From NCBI RefSeq assembly GCF_018350175.1, contig NC_058369.1, forward strand, positions 14,882,001 through 14,946,000: 64,000 bases of DNA, in the 5' to 3' direction. The position numbers were made by a program, and so were the translations under genes. The notes under the pieces were generated by a model. It searched no databases. It was not told the origin of the DNA and saw only the letters and a program-made list of their open reading frames with translations. Of the stretch, positions 13,005-24,800 are shown one piece after another. This stretch comes from Felis catus. Taxonomy: Eukaryota. Numbering within the stretch: position 1 is the first letter of the stretch; each line of letters begins with the position of its first letter.

Positions 13005-13348
13005 TTGTTTGTTTTGTTTTGCTTTGTTTTTGTTTTTTCCCCAAGTAGGCTTCATGCTCAGCGCGGCTTCCAACTTGGGGCTCGAACTCACGACCCCGAG
13101 ATCAAGACCTGAGATCGAGAGCAGACATTCAACCAACCAAACCACCCAGGAGCCCCTAGAAGTTTTTTCCTTTTTTTTTCAAGTTAATTTATTTTTGAGA
13201 GAGAGCACAAGCTGGGGAAGGGCAGAGAGAGAGAGGGGGACAGAGGATCCAAAGCAGGCTCCGCAATGTGGGGCTTAAACTCATGAACCGCGAGATCGTG
13301 ACCTGAACCGAAGTCAGACGCTCAACTGACTGAGCCACCCAGGTGCCC
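13005..13348 (-). mobile_element. Two tandem CAN-SINEs
   Basis: Heads end at about 13156 and 13348. Confidence 0.88.
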
Positions 13349-13865
13349 GAAGTTTTGTTTTAAAGAGAAGCCTTCATTCAAGAACAACCCCTTTGCTAAA
13401 ATTTAAGCGAATGGGGCCCACCTCTTAAGTGTGTCAAGTATTAGACACTCACAGAATGATTTTCTAAAGCTTTGTCTCCTGTGCCCTTAATAAAGCCGCG
13501 AGGTAGGAAGAGGAGGAACCCCCTCAATTGTACAGATCCGGAAACGGGCGGAGACAGTCAAGGGCGCTTGACTGTCAGGGCAGGGCGCTTCATCAGCTGT
13601 GGGAGAGTCAAGTCTTAGGACAGGTGTCCTGAGCCCAAACCAAACGTCCTTTCCCATCTAGTGAGCTCACGGGGATGGGGAGGGAGAGTCACAGTGGCCA
13701 TTCCCTGCCCAGAGCAGGGGACGTCCAGAAGTCTTGTTGCTGACGGCACCCACTTGAAGCAGGCGGCAGGGTGGGGTGGGGGGTGCTACTCCAGAGCAGG
13801 TGAGAGGTGGGGGAGGGGAGGAAGCGAGCCCAGGTCGGGAGGAGGGGGTCGGGGCGCACGCGTAC

Positions 13866-13990
13866 CTGCAGTGGTGGGCTCGGTCGGGCTTAATGCTGCA
13901 GCATTTGGGACACTTGTACACCACCTGCCCGGGCTTCAGCTGTAAACTCTCGATGAATTCTTTAGTGGCGTTTCCTTTGGGCACCGCGCC
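13866..13990 (-). CDS. ZDHHC3: ZDHHC3 exon 3 (125 nt): [41 protein letters not shown](S)
   Basis: First half of the Cys-rich domain. Acceptor tctcacag|GG, donor CAG|gtacgc. Confidence 0.98.
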
Positions 13991-14082
13991 CTGTGAGAAA
14001 GAGGAAAGGGGTCAGGGCTGGGCCAGGGATTCCGTCGGTTCTGACGCCCCGTGGTGGAGATGGTCACCTGGAAGCAGCAGCT

Positions 14083-14084
<2 letters not shown>

Positions 14085-14132
<48 letters not shown>
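14085..14132. repeat. (AC)n microsatellite
   Basis: About 24 AC units, roughly 95 nt upstream of the exon 3 acceptor (UG repeat in the pre-mRNA). Confidence 0.95.
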
Positions 14133-14135
<3 letters not shown>

Positions 14136-15021
14136 CAGGACAGTCTCATCCCAACAACACGTGGACTCTGTTCAGAATCACGCCAACACCGATGGATACT
14201 TATGGACAATGAGTTTTCCTGTGGAAAAGTAAATGATTTTCCCCAGTAGACAGTGAGGCTGTTCCTAATGATCTTTCTGCTTTCATCTCAGTGACGTGGT
14301 TTTCACTGAATCCGTTCTTTCCTACGTAAATACTACAGTTAGGATTTGACTCGCCCATTCCCGTTTGGTCTACGTTAAAATTTCCCAGTAACACCTTGGG
14401 CCTTTGCGCAGTTTTACTAACGGGCTTCACACCCCACAGCTCAGTTTTTCCAGATCAAAGTCTGCAGCTCTGAATGTCACTGGCTACTGCTTAAACTAGA
14501 ATCGTTTTATTTTATTCTCTTACCAATACTATTGTTAGGAAGCACTGGTAATCTACATTTGGTCCTTGTGAATCCAAAAGCAACTGTGAACCATGGCCTT
14601 CGGATCTCTGACTTGCTTTCTGACCCGACGTGCCCTCCCGGTTTGCCATCCCATCCTTTCGTATGCTCGTGAGTGCTCTGCATTTTGTTCTAGCTGTGAA
14701 CACCTCCGGTGGAGCCAACAGCAGACCCAAAGTGCCACCAGCGTCTACTGGGGCCCGTGTGCCTGTCCAAGCAGAAGGAAAGTGGGCGGTGTCCAGGCCT
14801 ATGCAGGGTCTCAATGACCAGCCTTCGCCAGGGGCCTACTTGGTGCTCAGCCTGTGCTCCAGTGCTCACTGCTATGGATTCAGGTATCAAACAAGGTCTC
14901 TGTCCCATTAGGCCCTTGGTCTCTGGGAGGCTAATGATGCTAGAAGACAGTTGTGTTGAGAGAGCACAGAGGAATAGGTACCAACTAGCCAGGGAACCAG
15001 AGAGGTTTCAAGAGATGAGGT

Positions 15022-15038
15022 TTGTTGTTTTTTTTATT

Positions 15039-15085
<47 letters not shown>

Positions 15086-15251
15086 ACGAGTGGGGAAGGG
15101 GCAGAGAGAGAGGCAGACACAGAATCCGAAGCAGGCTCCAGGCTCTGAGCTGTCAGCACAGAACCTGACGCAGGGCTCGAACCCACGAACTGCGAAATCA
15201 TGACCTGAGCCGAAGCTGGATGCTGAACTGACTGTGCCACCCAGACGCCTC
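15022..15251 (-). mobile_element. CAN-SINE with (GA)n
   Basis: TSD-like tcaagag(a/g)tgagg on both flanks. Confidence 0.93.
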
Positions 15252-15477
15252 TCAAGAGGTGAGGCTTAAGGGTGGTCCTAAGGCATGCCAGGTAGTCCTG
15301 AGGGAGGAGAGGGATTCTGGCCAGAGGAGGGGCATAGGTAAAGACAAAAAGGTGAGAGTGAGCCCGGCCCGTCTGGGGGCTGGTGAGAAAATCGGCACGG
15401 TGGAATCCAGGGGAGGCAGAGGGGAGGCTGGACGGACGGGCAGGGGGCCAGCTTGAGAGAGTGCTCAGCACAGGGCA

Positions 15478-15826
15478 CAACAAGGGACCGAATGTGTCTC
15501 CCAAATTCCTAACCCTCAGTGTGTGCTATTGGGAGGTGGGGCCTCGGGGAGGTGGTCAGGTCACTAGGGTGGAGCCCTTGCGCCTGGGCCTTAGCGCCCT
15601 TATAGTGACTGCTGAGAGCTCCCTCACCCCTTCTGCCATGTGAGGACACAGCGAGAAGATGGCCGTCTGCGAACCAGGAAGTGGGCCCTCCCCCAGAGGC
15701 TGAATCTGCCAGCACCGCGATCTTGGACTTCCCAGCCTATAGAGCAGCGAGAACTATAACTTTCTCTTGTTTATAAGCCAGCCCGTCTCTGACAGTTTGT
15801 TACAACACCCCAAACGGACCGAGGCA
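15478..15826 (+). mobile_element. MLT1A-like MaLR solo LTR
   Basis: Segments gccatgtgaggacacagcgagaagatggccgtctg, gatcttggacttcccagcct and ttgtttataagcca. Confidence 0.85.
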
Positions 15827-17712
15827 GGTAGCCTGTGTTCTTGGCCGGGTGTTGGACGCAACACTGCGCCTGTAACAACCTCCGGATGCCCCGACTCTAA
15901 TGCGGGGTTACCACACAAAACTGTCAGGGTGCGTGGACACCCGCGTTTTTACAAAGCGCTCAGCAGGGCTGAGAATTACTATGCTAGACCAGGAGCTCCA
16001 TGACGGGTCTACCTCATTCAGCACCAGAGCCTCTAGCCTGGAAAAGGTCTGTCAGTTTTAGCACGGGGTAAAAGGAGGAGCAAAAGCAAGCAGGACAAGA
16101 AAGGAGGGGGCTCAGGGTGCCAGCCTGGGGGGCACCAGCAGCGTGGCCCGGCTCCCTGTCAAGAACCAGGCCTGACACTGGGTCGAGTCATGGCTCTGGG
16201 ATGGGACGGCTCCACACCCCCCACCTAAGGTCTAGGTGACAGGAGGCCGTGCTCATCAGCGGGCGCCCACGGGACACCACCGTCAGGGAAGTTGACGCAA
16301 CATCTGCCCACAGAACTGGGGGCCACGCCCAAGTCCCGAAGGGGCCCGGGTGAGGGGCAGTGCGGTCGGCTAGGGTGGGTGGGTGGGGATTTCAGGGCTG
16401 ACGGACTGTAACAGGCCAAGCGAGGGGTTCCCGGGTTAGAGGGGAGGAAGACGGGGTGTCAGCACCTTTCCCACGAAGGAGAAATTCTGGGATAGGAAGA
16501 GCCCCTGAAGAAGCTGTACAGACCAGGGAGCTGGAGTTTTGTCTTTTGCTACGAAAATGACTCACGGGGACAAAGACCCTAGCTATGGAAACTGCAAAGA
16601 CAAATCAAGTACCGACCCTCTCCCGAAAGTCTACACCGCACTGAGCATTGTGGGAAAGTGCATGGAAGTGATGGGGGCCTGGGTCCCAAACAGCTGCTGG
16701 GGCGGATGCCCAGATGCCCAGACACAGCAAGGAGGCTGAGCACCCGGCCAAAGCCACGGCCACTGGTGCATCAGGAGCTAGGGGAGGCGGGAAGGCCGGG
16801 AGGATCCTGGTGGACGTAGCAGGACAGGGGCACCTGGGGACGGAGGCAGTCCAAGCAGTGGCCAGAGGTGGCCTGTCCAGAGGATGATGGATAGAGCAGG
16901 AGCACCAGAGCCAGAGGGCACGCGCAGGGGTGTCTCCCAGGCAGCGGAGGAAACAACTCAGGACCACGGTTCAGTTATGGGAAGACTTGCAAGTTGTCTC
17001 AAAGAGGGCCTCGGGTGCCTCTCTGGGGTCTCCAGCCAGCATGCACCCTCTCCTCATATGGCTCTTTGCTGGCGCCCCCCCCCCCCCCCCCCCGCCAACT
17101 TTCCCCTGCTGACCATTCCGTCACCAGCTCTTTCTCTGCTCTCCCGTCTCGTTAAGGACCCGCTTACACTCGAGATGGGCAGCATGTGGCCGACATGTCA
17201 CTAGGAACGGTGCTGTGCTTCCCCACTGGTCTGCCTGAGGCCGATGGGGCAACAGACAAGTACGAGCCCAGAAAAGCCAAAGGCATGCTCATCCACATGA
17301 ATGCTCTTCTCATTGGTGGAGGCTCAGGACTTTGAGTGGGACAGAGATGAGGTCCTGAGAAGAAACTTCTAGAAATGTGGATCCTGATACACAGGCACTA
17401 TGGGCACCAAGATGCTGAAAACTACATGTGATTCAGAGTAACAGTCACCTCCGTGGTGGTGGGGAGGCTGGGAGAGGAAAAGTGGGGGTGGGGGGGGAAA
17501 CAAAGAGGTTAAACCACCTTTGTAATGTTTTATGTATGAGGCTGGGGGCGTGGAGAGATCATATTATCATATCATTGTATTATCCTTCATGCCCTTTCAA
17601 CTGTGTCATATGTTTCATTACAATTTTTTTTTAAAAAGTAGGAAAAAACCCCACCTAGTCTGCAAAACACCGTCAGATGCCAGAAAAGCCTATGATAGAA
17701 AATTTAAAAGCA

Positions 17713-17927
17713 GGGGCGTTGGGTGGCTCAGTCGGTTGGGCGTCCGACTTTGGCTCAGGTCATGATCTCACGGTTCGTGAGTTTGAGGCCCATGTCAGGC
17801 CCTATGCTGACAGCTCAGAGCCTGGAGCCTTCAGATTCTCTGTCTCCCCCTCTCCCTGCCCCTTCCCCACTGGGCTCTGTCTCTCTCTCTCTCTCAAAAA
17901 TGAATAAAAACATTAAAAAAAAAAAAA
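17713..17927 (+). mobile_element. CAN-SINE
   Basis: TSD tttaaaagca. Confidence 0.93.
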
Positions 17928-18126
17928 ACTTTAAAAGCAAACAAACTTTGATAGGTGAGGACTCTGTGATATATATGATGCCATTTAGGACGTCCTTCTT
18001 GGCATTAAATATGCTATAAAAGTATACAGCTATCAGCATGGAGAACATCTATGACAGATGGCTAAAGGCACACAGACTTCCAAAGAGTATATGGCATATA
18101 AGACATTCCGGAACAGATCTGATACC

Positions 18127-18445
18127 CAGTTGACACTTGAATAATGCAGGGCTGAGGGGTCCGTGCAGCCAAAAATCCACATATGGCTTTTGACTCACCT
18201 GAAACTTAACTGCTAATAGCCTCCTGTTGACCAGAATACCAAAAATGTGAGTAGTCAACTCACACATATATTGTACATTATTTGTATCCTACACTATATT
18301 CTTACAATAAAGCTAGAGGAAAGAAAATGTTAAGAAAATCATAAGGAAGAGAAAACACATTTCCAGTACTGGACTGTTCTTATAAAAAAAATTCGTGTAT
18401 AAGTGGACCCGTGCAGTTCATACCACATTGTTCAAGGGTCAGCTG
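18127..18445. mobile_element. Tigger2a-like non-autonomous DNA transposon
   Basis: Terminal inverted repeats cagttgacacttgaataa and ttgttcaagggtcagctg, followed by TA. Confidence 0.85.
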
Positions 18446-18604
18446 TATATATATATAAAGGCAAAGACATGTGCCAAATTATTAATGGATATCTCACATA
18501 GTCAGATCACAGGTTATTTGCATTTTCTTGACCATATTTCTTAAATGTTCTAATATGAACATATGGCTTTTGCAATTAGAAAGAAACTCTAAAAATACAG
18601 GCAA

Positions 18605-18756
18605 GGGGCGCCTGGGTGGCTCAGTCGGGTAAGTGTCCAACTTCGGCTCAGGTACGATCTCATGGTTAGCGAGTTTGAGCCCCAAGTCGGGTTCTCTGAT
18701 CTCAGCACAGAGCCTGCTTCGGATCATCTGTCTCCCTCTCTCTCTGCCCCTCCTCT

Positions 18757-18803
<47 letters not shown>

Positions 18804-18830
18804 AATAAACACTAAAATTTTTTTTTTAAA
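18605..18830 (+). mobile_element. CAN-SINE
   Basis: TSD-like aaaaataca(g/a)gca. Confidence 0.92.
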
Positions 18831-19042
18831 AAATACAAGCATAAAAATATACCTCAGGAAGGAACTACCCAAAGTAGGAATATGCCCAACTTAACTAAAT
18901 TTTATATTCAAAACGCTATGAACATCTCATCTTGAGCTATCTGAGGCCCTGCCCTGAGGCACTAGGGTCTGGAAGTCTTTACAAGGGCAAAGCTGGACCC
19001 CGACCACCCATATGACTGGACTTTGAAAGAGGATCCAGAAGG

Positions 19043-19275
19043 AGGGTGCCTGGGTAGCTTCAGTCAGTTAAAGCGTCCGACTCTTGGTTTTGGCTCAGGT
19101 CACGATCTTGCGGCTTTGTGGGTTCAAACCCCTGCGTCAGGCTCTGTACTGACAGCTTGGAGCCTGCTTGAGATTCTCTCTCTCTCCCCACCTCTCTCTG
19201 CCCCACTCCCACTTATGCTGTCTCTCTCTCTCTCTCTCTCAAAATAAATAAATAAATAAACAAACTTAAAAAAAT
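19043..19275 (+). mobile_element. CAN-SINE
   Basis: Head, CT linker and aataaa tail. Confidence 0.9.
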
Positions 19276-19734
19276 GTTCTTAACCCTTTGAAAAAATAAA
19301 AAAATAAAAGGGGATTGGGAAGGGCTCTGGTCCAGGCAGAGAGGGCCCCACAGAAGCCCAGAAGGCCACATTAATACTCTTTAATGCAAAAGGTCATTGA
19401 GTCTGGGCAACCGTGTGAACTTGTATGAATCCTGAAGGCACAAAACCACAACTGGATGTCACTCCTCATGCACAAAGGAAAAGCCCTAAGGAACACCGTC
19501 TGCCCAAGGAGATAAATCAATGGGGCAGAGTTTTCCTAAATGAAGGCTCAGGTCGCTATTTTCCCCCCACATCCAGTTTTTAAGGTCCCAGAATTTGCTG
19601 TAAACCTCAGGAGGCCCCACGTAAAGGCCTACAAGAGGAAAACCCTAAACTGCAAAGGGCAATTGGAACTCTCTTCCGGTATTCTCATTATCGCCTGCTA
19701 TTCCAGACCAGGGCACATCATGTAACAGCACGGC

Positions 19735-19979
19735 CTTTTTATTTTTTTTAATTTTTATTTATTTATTTTAACGTTTATTAATTTTTGAGAGAGAGAGAGA
19801 GAGACAGAGAGACAGAGAGCGAGTAGGGGAGGGGCAGAGAGACAGGGGGACACAGAATCCGAAGCCGGCTCCGGGCTCCCAGCCGTCAGCACAGAGCCCG
19901 ACGCGGGGCTCGAACTCACGAACTGTGAGATCATGACCTGAGCTCACAGTCAGATGCTCAACTGCCACCCACGTGCCCC
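19735..19979 (-). mobile_element. CAN-SINE
   Basis: Reverse-complement SINE body. Confidence 0.92.
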
Positions 19980-20174
19980 ACAGTTCAGCTTTTTTTAAAA
20001 GCCTGTCCCCTCCAGCAGGACTCTATTTACATAAATCCCCTAGAAGGCTCATTCCCTTCCAGGCAAGACCCCATCTGCCCAGCAAGTCCATCCTTCAGAC
20101 CCAGAGGCCAGCTGGGCCAGTCCCTGAGACAGAGGATCTGTGACACAGGTGCTTTCCTGCCTTTGCCTCCAACG

Positions 20175-20409
20175 TCTTTTCCTTTTCCTTCTTCCCTTCC
20201 CTTCCCTTCCTTTCCCCTTTCCTCCCTCCCTCTTTCCTTTCCTTTCCTTTCCTTTCCTTTCCTTTCCTTTCCTTTCCTTTCCTTTCCTTTCCTTTCTCCC
20301 TCCCTCCCTCCCTCCTTCCCTTCCCTTCCCTTCCCTTCCCTTCCCTTCCCTTCCCTTCCCTTCCCTTCCCTTCCTTCCCTCCCTCCCTTCCTCCCTTCCT
20401 CCCTTCCTT
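20175..20409. repeat. Pure polypyrimidine/polypurine tract, (TTTCC)n/(TTCCC)n
   Basis: About 235 nt of only C and T on the plus strand. Confidence 0.95.
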
Positions 20410-21199
20410 AATATTCTCTTCTGTGCTTATCTCCACAGACTTCAGAACTTCCTGTGATTAGTTCATGGTAAGGAATTTCGTTCTGTACCATTCTGGACAG
20501 ACGGCAGGGAGTCGCTAGGCCTGCTGAGACATTTCTGCCAATGTTGTGACGCCTGCGTTACTGAGAACCGCCCACCCCCCCGTCCTTACGCATCTCACAG
20601 GGCTGTCTTGGGGCTCCCAGGCTACTGCAGCCTGGCAGACCACAATGTACCGATTTCCCCCCCTCATTTCCACAGTAATACTTCTTCATGATTAAAAAAA
20701 AATAGACGAGAAAATTAAAAGGGAAAAACCTACCCTTTGATTTTATCGCCCAGAGATCTGTATAATCAACATTTGGGAGCATATCCTTCCAGTCTTTTCT
20801 CTGTGCACACAGCAAGTTAAGACACTAAAGAATTTATAGGCCCATGATACTCAGACGTTCCTCAAATATATGTTTGGTCTCGTAGTGGAATCCGTTTAAA
20901 TCTGGGGCAGGGAGGTGTGATATGATTCTGTCAATCGTTCCCCTTAGGGGCTAGCCCAAACTTCCAGTACCTTCCTCAACCCCCACCTACTTCCTTTTCT
21001 ATTTCAGAGAAAACTGAGGCAGCTGGGATAAACCACCAGCTTGGAGGGTGAGGGTCCCGGCTAATCCTGGCCCTCAGGGGCCCCAGACCTTTAGCTCAAA
21101 GCTTCTCCCTCATGTTGTGCGCACACTCCGGGCCCTCCCACCCCTCACAGCTAAGCTTGTCGAGGTCGTGTGCACTTCTGTCTCTACTATCTCTCCCTG

Positions 21200-22445
21200 A
21201 CTCTGGTTCACTGCTCTCGGTGCCTGTCGTCTTCACACCAGGAACACCTGTCACCAGGTCACTGAGCAACTCCCTGTGGCCAAACCCAAAGGTCGGTTCT
21301 AGGCCCTCAACTCCCTTGGATCTCCTGTGACCACCAGTCCCTCCTTCTGTCACTCTCTCCTGAGGCTGCTCTGCTCCCTCTGGGTGTCCCCCTGCCTCTT
21401 GCTCTCCCTTGGGCTGTTACCCCTGCTGGACCCCGGTGTCCCTCAGGGATCCCCCACCAGCCCCGTCCCCTGCTCATTCTGCACCCGGCCCCCTGCTGAC
21501 AGTCCTCCCCCATCACACCCAGTGGTGATGCCCAATCGTGGGCTCCAACTCAGGCCTCTTTTCGGGCTGCAGACATCTCCACCTGGTTGTTCAAGAGACA
21601 TTAAAACCGAGGAAAACCAACCCCCCAGATTCAACATGCTACAACTGAATCCATTCCTTTCGCTCCAAACCGCCCCTCCCATTCTCACTTCCCTGGCCCG
21701 TGGTGCCTCTATCTACCCTCGCTTACCCCTTACCCCTCCTACTCCACCAGGTTACTCCTGTCCCAAACCGTGCCTCGAATCCCATATCCTCCCCTCCAAG
21801 CCGCTGTCACGGCCTTCGTTCCGGCCCATCCTCACGCGCCCCAGATGTTAGAGCCACCTCCCACCCCGGCCTATTCTCCTATTTCCCAGAGTAAACTTTC
21901 TAAAATGGGAATCTGATCATACTATTCTCCCTGCCTGGACACCTTCACAGGCTTCGCAGAGCCTTCGCCCGGCCCAGGGTCCGAGCTCCCGGTCAGGGCT
22001 CGAGCAGGGCCACCACAACGCAGCCTCAGACCACTGACCCAGGGTCTCCCCCTGTCCCTGCCCCAGCAGTCCCCTGGCTGTGGACCACCTGCGGCTTCCC
22101 AAAGGCACCATGCTCTCCGAGACTTTCACCTTGTACCCCCAGGGACTCACATCAGCACCTCTGCCCAGCCTGTTCGCCTCTTGTACCGGAGCCAAAACCC
22201 ACTCAGGGATCACCTCCTCTGCCTTCTTCCTCGTGGCCCCAGGCCACACCCAAGAGAGAAGCCATCACTTGGCTTTTGTGCTGTTCCAGCCTGTATTTAT
22301 TGGTCTCAACACGGATCGCTTAAGTACACGCTGATCTCTCCTCCACAGCTATAAATTCCTGGAGGATAGAGACAATGTCTTTCAACTTGCAGCCCCAGTG
22401 AATTGCCCAGGGCCTGCCACAGAGCGTGTATTCAACAAACCAAGC
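21200..22445 (+). mobile_element. Degenerate L2 LINE 3' region
   Basis: L2-like segments gacatctccacctgg, tttctaaaatgggaatctgatcat, and a 3' end of cagggcctgccacagag...caacaaac. Confidence 0.65.
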
Positions 22446-22464
22446 TGAATGATAATGATGATAC

Positions 22465-22685
22465 AACAGACATTTATGGAGTGCTCTATGCCAGACACCG
22501 TTCCACGTGCCTTACTGTATTTTGTCAGTTAATTCCGCCAATAAACCTGTGAGGCAGAGACTGTTATTACCCATTTTACAGATGAGATAACTAAAGCAAA
22601 GAAATGAAGCAACTTCCCAAGGTCACATGGCTAACAGATGGCAGAACCAGGATTCAGACCCAGGCAATCCAAGTCTAGAGCCCTC
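22465..22685 (-). mobile_element. MIR SINE
   Basis: Core cccattttacagatgag...aacttcccaaggtcaca...ggattcagacccagg. Confidence 0.85.
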
Positions 22686-22833
22686 ACCTCCATCAGAAGA
22701 CAACGTATGTATTTATCGGACATTGCTGTTAAGAGCCCTGAAGAGGCTTTTTCAAACTGCCCTCATGCCATAATATTATTCTGCCAACAACTGTATCAGC
22801 ATGTTACCATTAAGACTGAAACAGGCCTGTATC

Positions 22834-23237
22834 AGGGCACCTGGGTGGCTCAGGTGGTTAAGGGTCAAACTCTTTGATTTATGCTCAGGTCACGATCTCA
22901 CGGTTCGTGAGATCGAGCCCTGCATCAGGCTCTACACTGACAGCAAGGAACCTGCTTGGGATTCTCCCTCTCTCTCTCTGTCTCTCTGCCCTCCCCCTGT
23001 GCATGTGCACGTGTGTGCATATGTTTTCTCTCTCAAAAACTGAAGCAGGCCCGTTTCAGTAAGTATCTAGGACAACATGATGGCGTAAAAAGGACATGAT
23101 GAAAAGTAATAGAGGGGTGACTGGGGGGCTTCGTCAGTTAAGTGGCTGCCTCTTGATTTCAGCTCAGGTCATGATCTTGCGGTTCATGAGATTAAGCACC
23201 GAGGTGGGCTCTGTGCCGAGAGCATGGAGCCTGCTTG

Positions 23238-23273
<36 letters not shown>

Positions 23274-23328
23274 CCTCCCCATTTGTACTCTCTCTTTCAA
23301 AATAAATAAATAAACATTAAAAAAAAAA
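22834..23328 (+). mobile_element. Two CAN-SINEs (22834-23040 and 23114-23328)
   Basis: Two heads, each with a CT linker. Confidence 0.88.
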
Positions 23329-23827
23329 GCAACAGAGAAACTTCCAAAGAAATACCAACGAATCTAAGGCCTCAATATCCTCATGTATTTGAAGCAACAA
23401 GGATGAAACTTGCCTAAAGTGTTGCAGGGGCCCTGGGAGGGAGATGTGAGCACACCTGCTGTCCAGGCAGAAACTCTCTCTCCATCAGCTCTGCCAGGAA
23501 CATGGTGACCAGCCTCAGGCCTGTGTCACAGGCCACCTGTCTCCTTCACAGAAAGGTGGAGGTAGGTAATCCCTAAATGGGTCACTCGCTTCTCTCTGGG
23601 GCCCGAAAGATTTTTCAGGGGGTGTTTCTAAGTTGCTCCGTGACAGCTATGAGATGTTGCCTGGAATGAGGGAGGATGTAGCAGCCGGCTCGAATTACCC
23701 CCTGACCTGGGGACTGGGTCAGTACCTCCACCCTCACCCGGCATGCTGGGGGGAGGGCCCGGTGCTGTTCCTCCTCTGTTTCTGCGGGCCTGCCACCACG
23801 CCGTCTTGCCGCTGGTCCAAGTAAATA

Positions 23828-24066
23828 CATCAAACCTCGGATGGCCAGTAACTTTTTCAGCGAGCGTTCCGCAAGATGAGCAAACATTTTTAGTAAGTTT
23901 TAACTTGATAAATGAGCGATGTCTTGCAACGTGAGTCGTATGGGATGCAGAACGTCGCATGATCACAACTGAGCCAACAGTTCTTGAAACTCGCTTCCAT
24001 ATGCGAGTGTTTTGGATTACAAGCATGTTCCCAGAATGAATTACGCTAGCACACAAGGGTTTACTG
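23828..24066. mobile_element. Tc1/mariner (Tigger-like) MITE
   Basis: TA-flanked imperfect inverted ends ta|catcaaacctcgg and agggttttactg|ta. The internal sequence resembles a common carnivore MITE. Family name uncertain. Confidence 0.65.
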
Positions 24067-24394
24067 TACTTGCTAACTGACTCTACATGCAACATGCGAT
24101 CGATAACGTCGCCGAGAGAGGCTCCAGGAGGGAACACACGAACTGCACAATGGGTCCTGATATCCATGGATGGGTTTCGGCAGCTGGAACCGAAATCAGT
24201 GGCCTGCAGTGGTCTGGGATAGTCACGCGAGGTCTGTCTACAGCAAGGTGTTCACAAGACGGGACTCGAAGGGAGGGAGAGGCAGCGGCAGACAGACTGA
24301 TGAATTTTCTTTTCCTTAACAATGTAGTTAAATTGATTTATAGGCCTCCTTTGTCAAATCTCAGATTTGAGATAATTAAAAAAACTTTTTTTTA

Positions 24395-24800
24395 GGGGCG
24401 CCTGGGTGGCTCAGTCGGTTGAGCGTCTGGCATCGGCTCAGGTCACGACCTCGCGGTCCGTGAGTTCGAGCCCCGCGTCGGGCTCTGTGCTGACGGCTCA
24501 GAGCCTGGAGCCTGCTTTGGATTCTGTGTCTCCCTCCCTCTCTGCCCCTTCCCCGCTCATGCTCTGTCTCTCTCTGTGTCAAAAATAAACATTAAAAAAA
24601 ATTAAAATCAAATAAATTTTGTTTAATGTTTATTTATTTTTGAGGGGAGAGGGGCAGAGAGGGAAGGAGACAGGGGATCCCAAGCAGGCTCTGTGCTGAT
24701 AGTGGAGAACCCAATGACGAGCGGCTTGAACTCATGAATTGCAAGATTATGACCTGACCTGAAGTCAGATGCTTAACTGACTGAGCCACCCAGGGGCCCC
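24395..24800. mobile_element. Nested tail-to-tail CAN-SINE pair (+ 24395-24603; - 24616-24800)
   Basis: Outer TSD tcagatttgagata at 24361-24374 and 24801-24814. Confidence 0.92.

Noticed and set aside
20095..20457. Lys/Glu/Arg-rich and Pro/Phe/Ser-rich ORFs
   Set aside because: Translations of the pentamer simple repeat.
24406..24588. Recurrent MAQSVKRPTSAQV... and MRQRETEHERGRG... ORFs that look like a gene family
   Set aside because: They are translations of CAN-SINE bodies.
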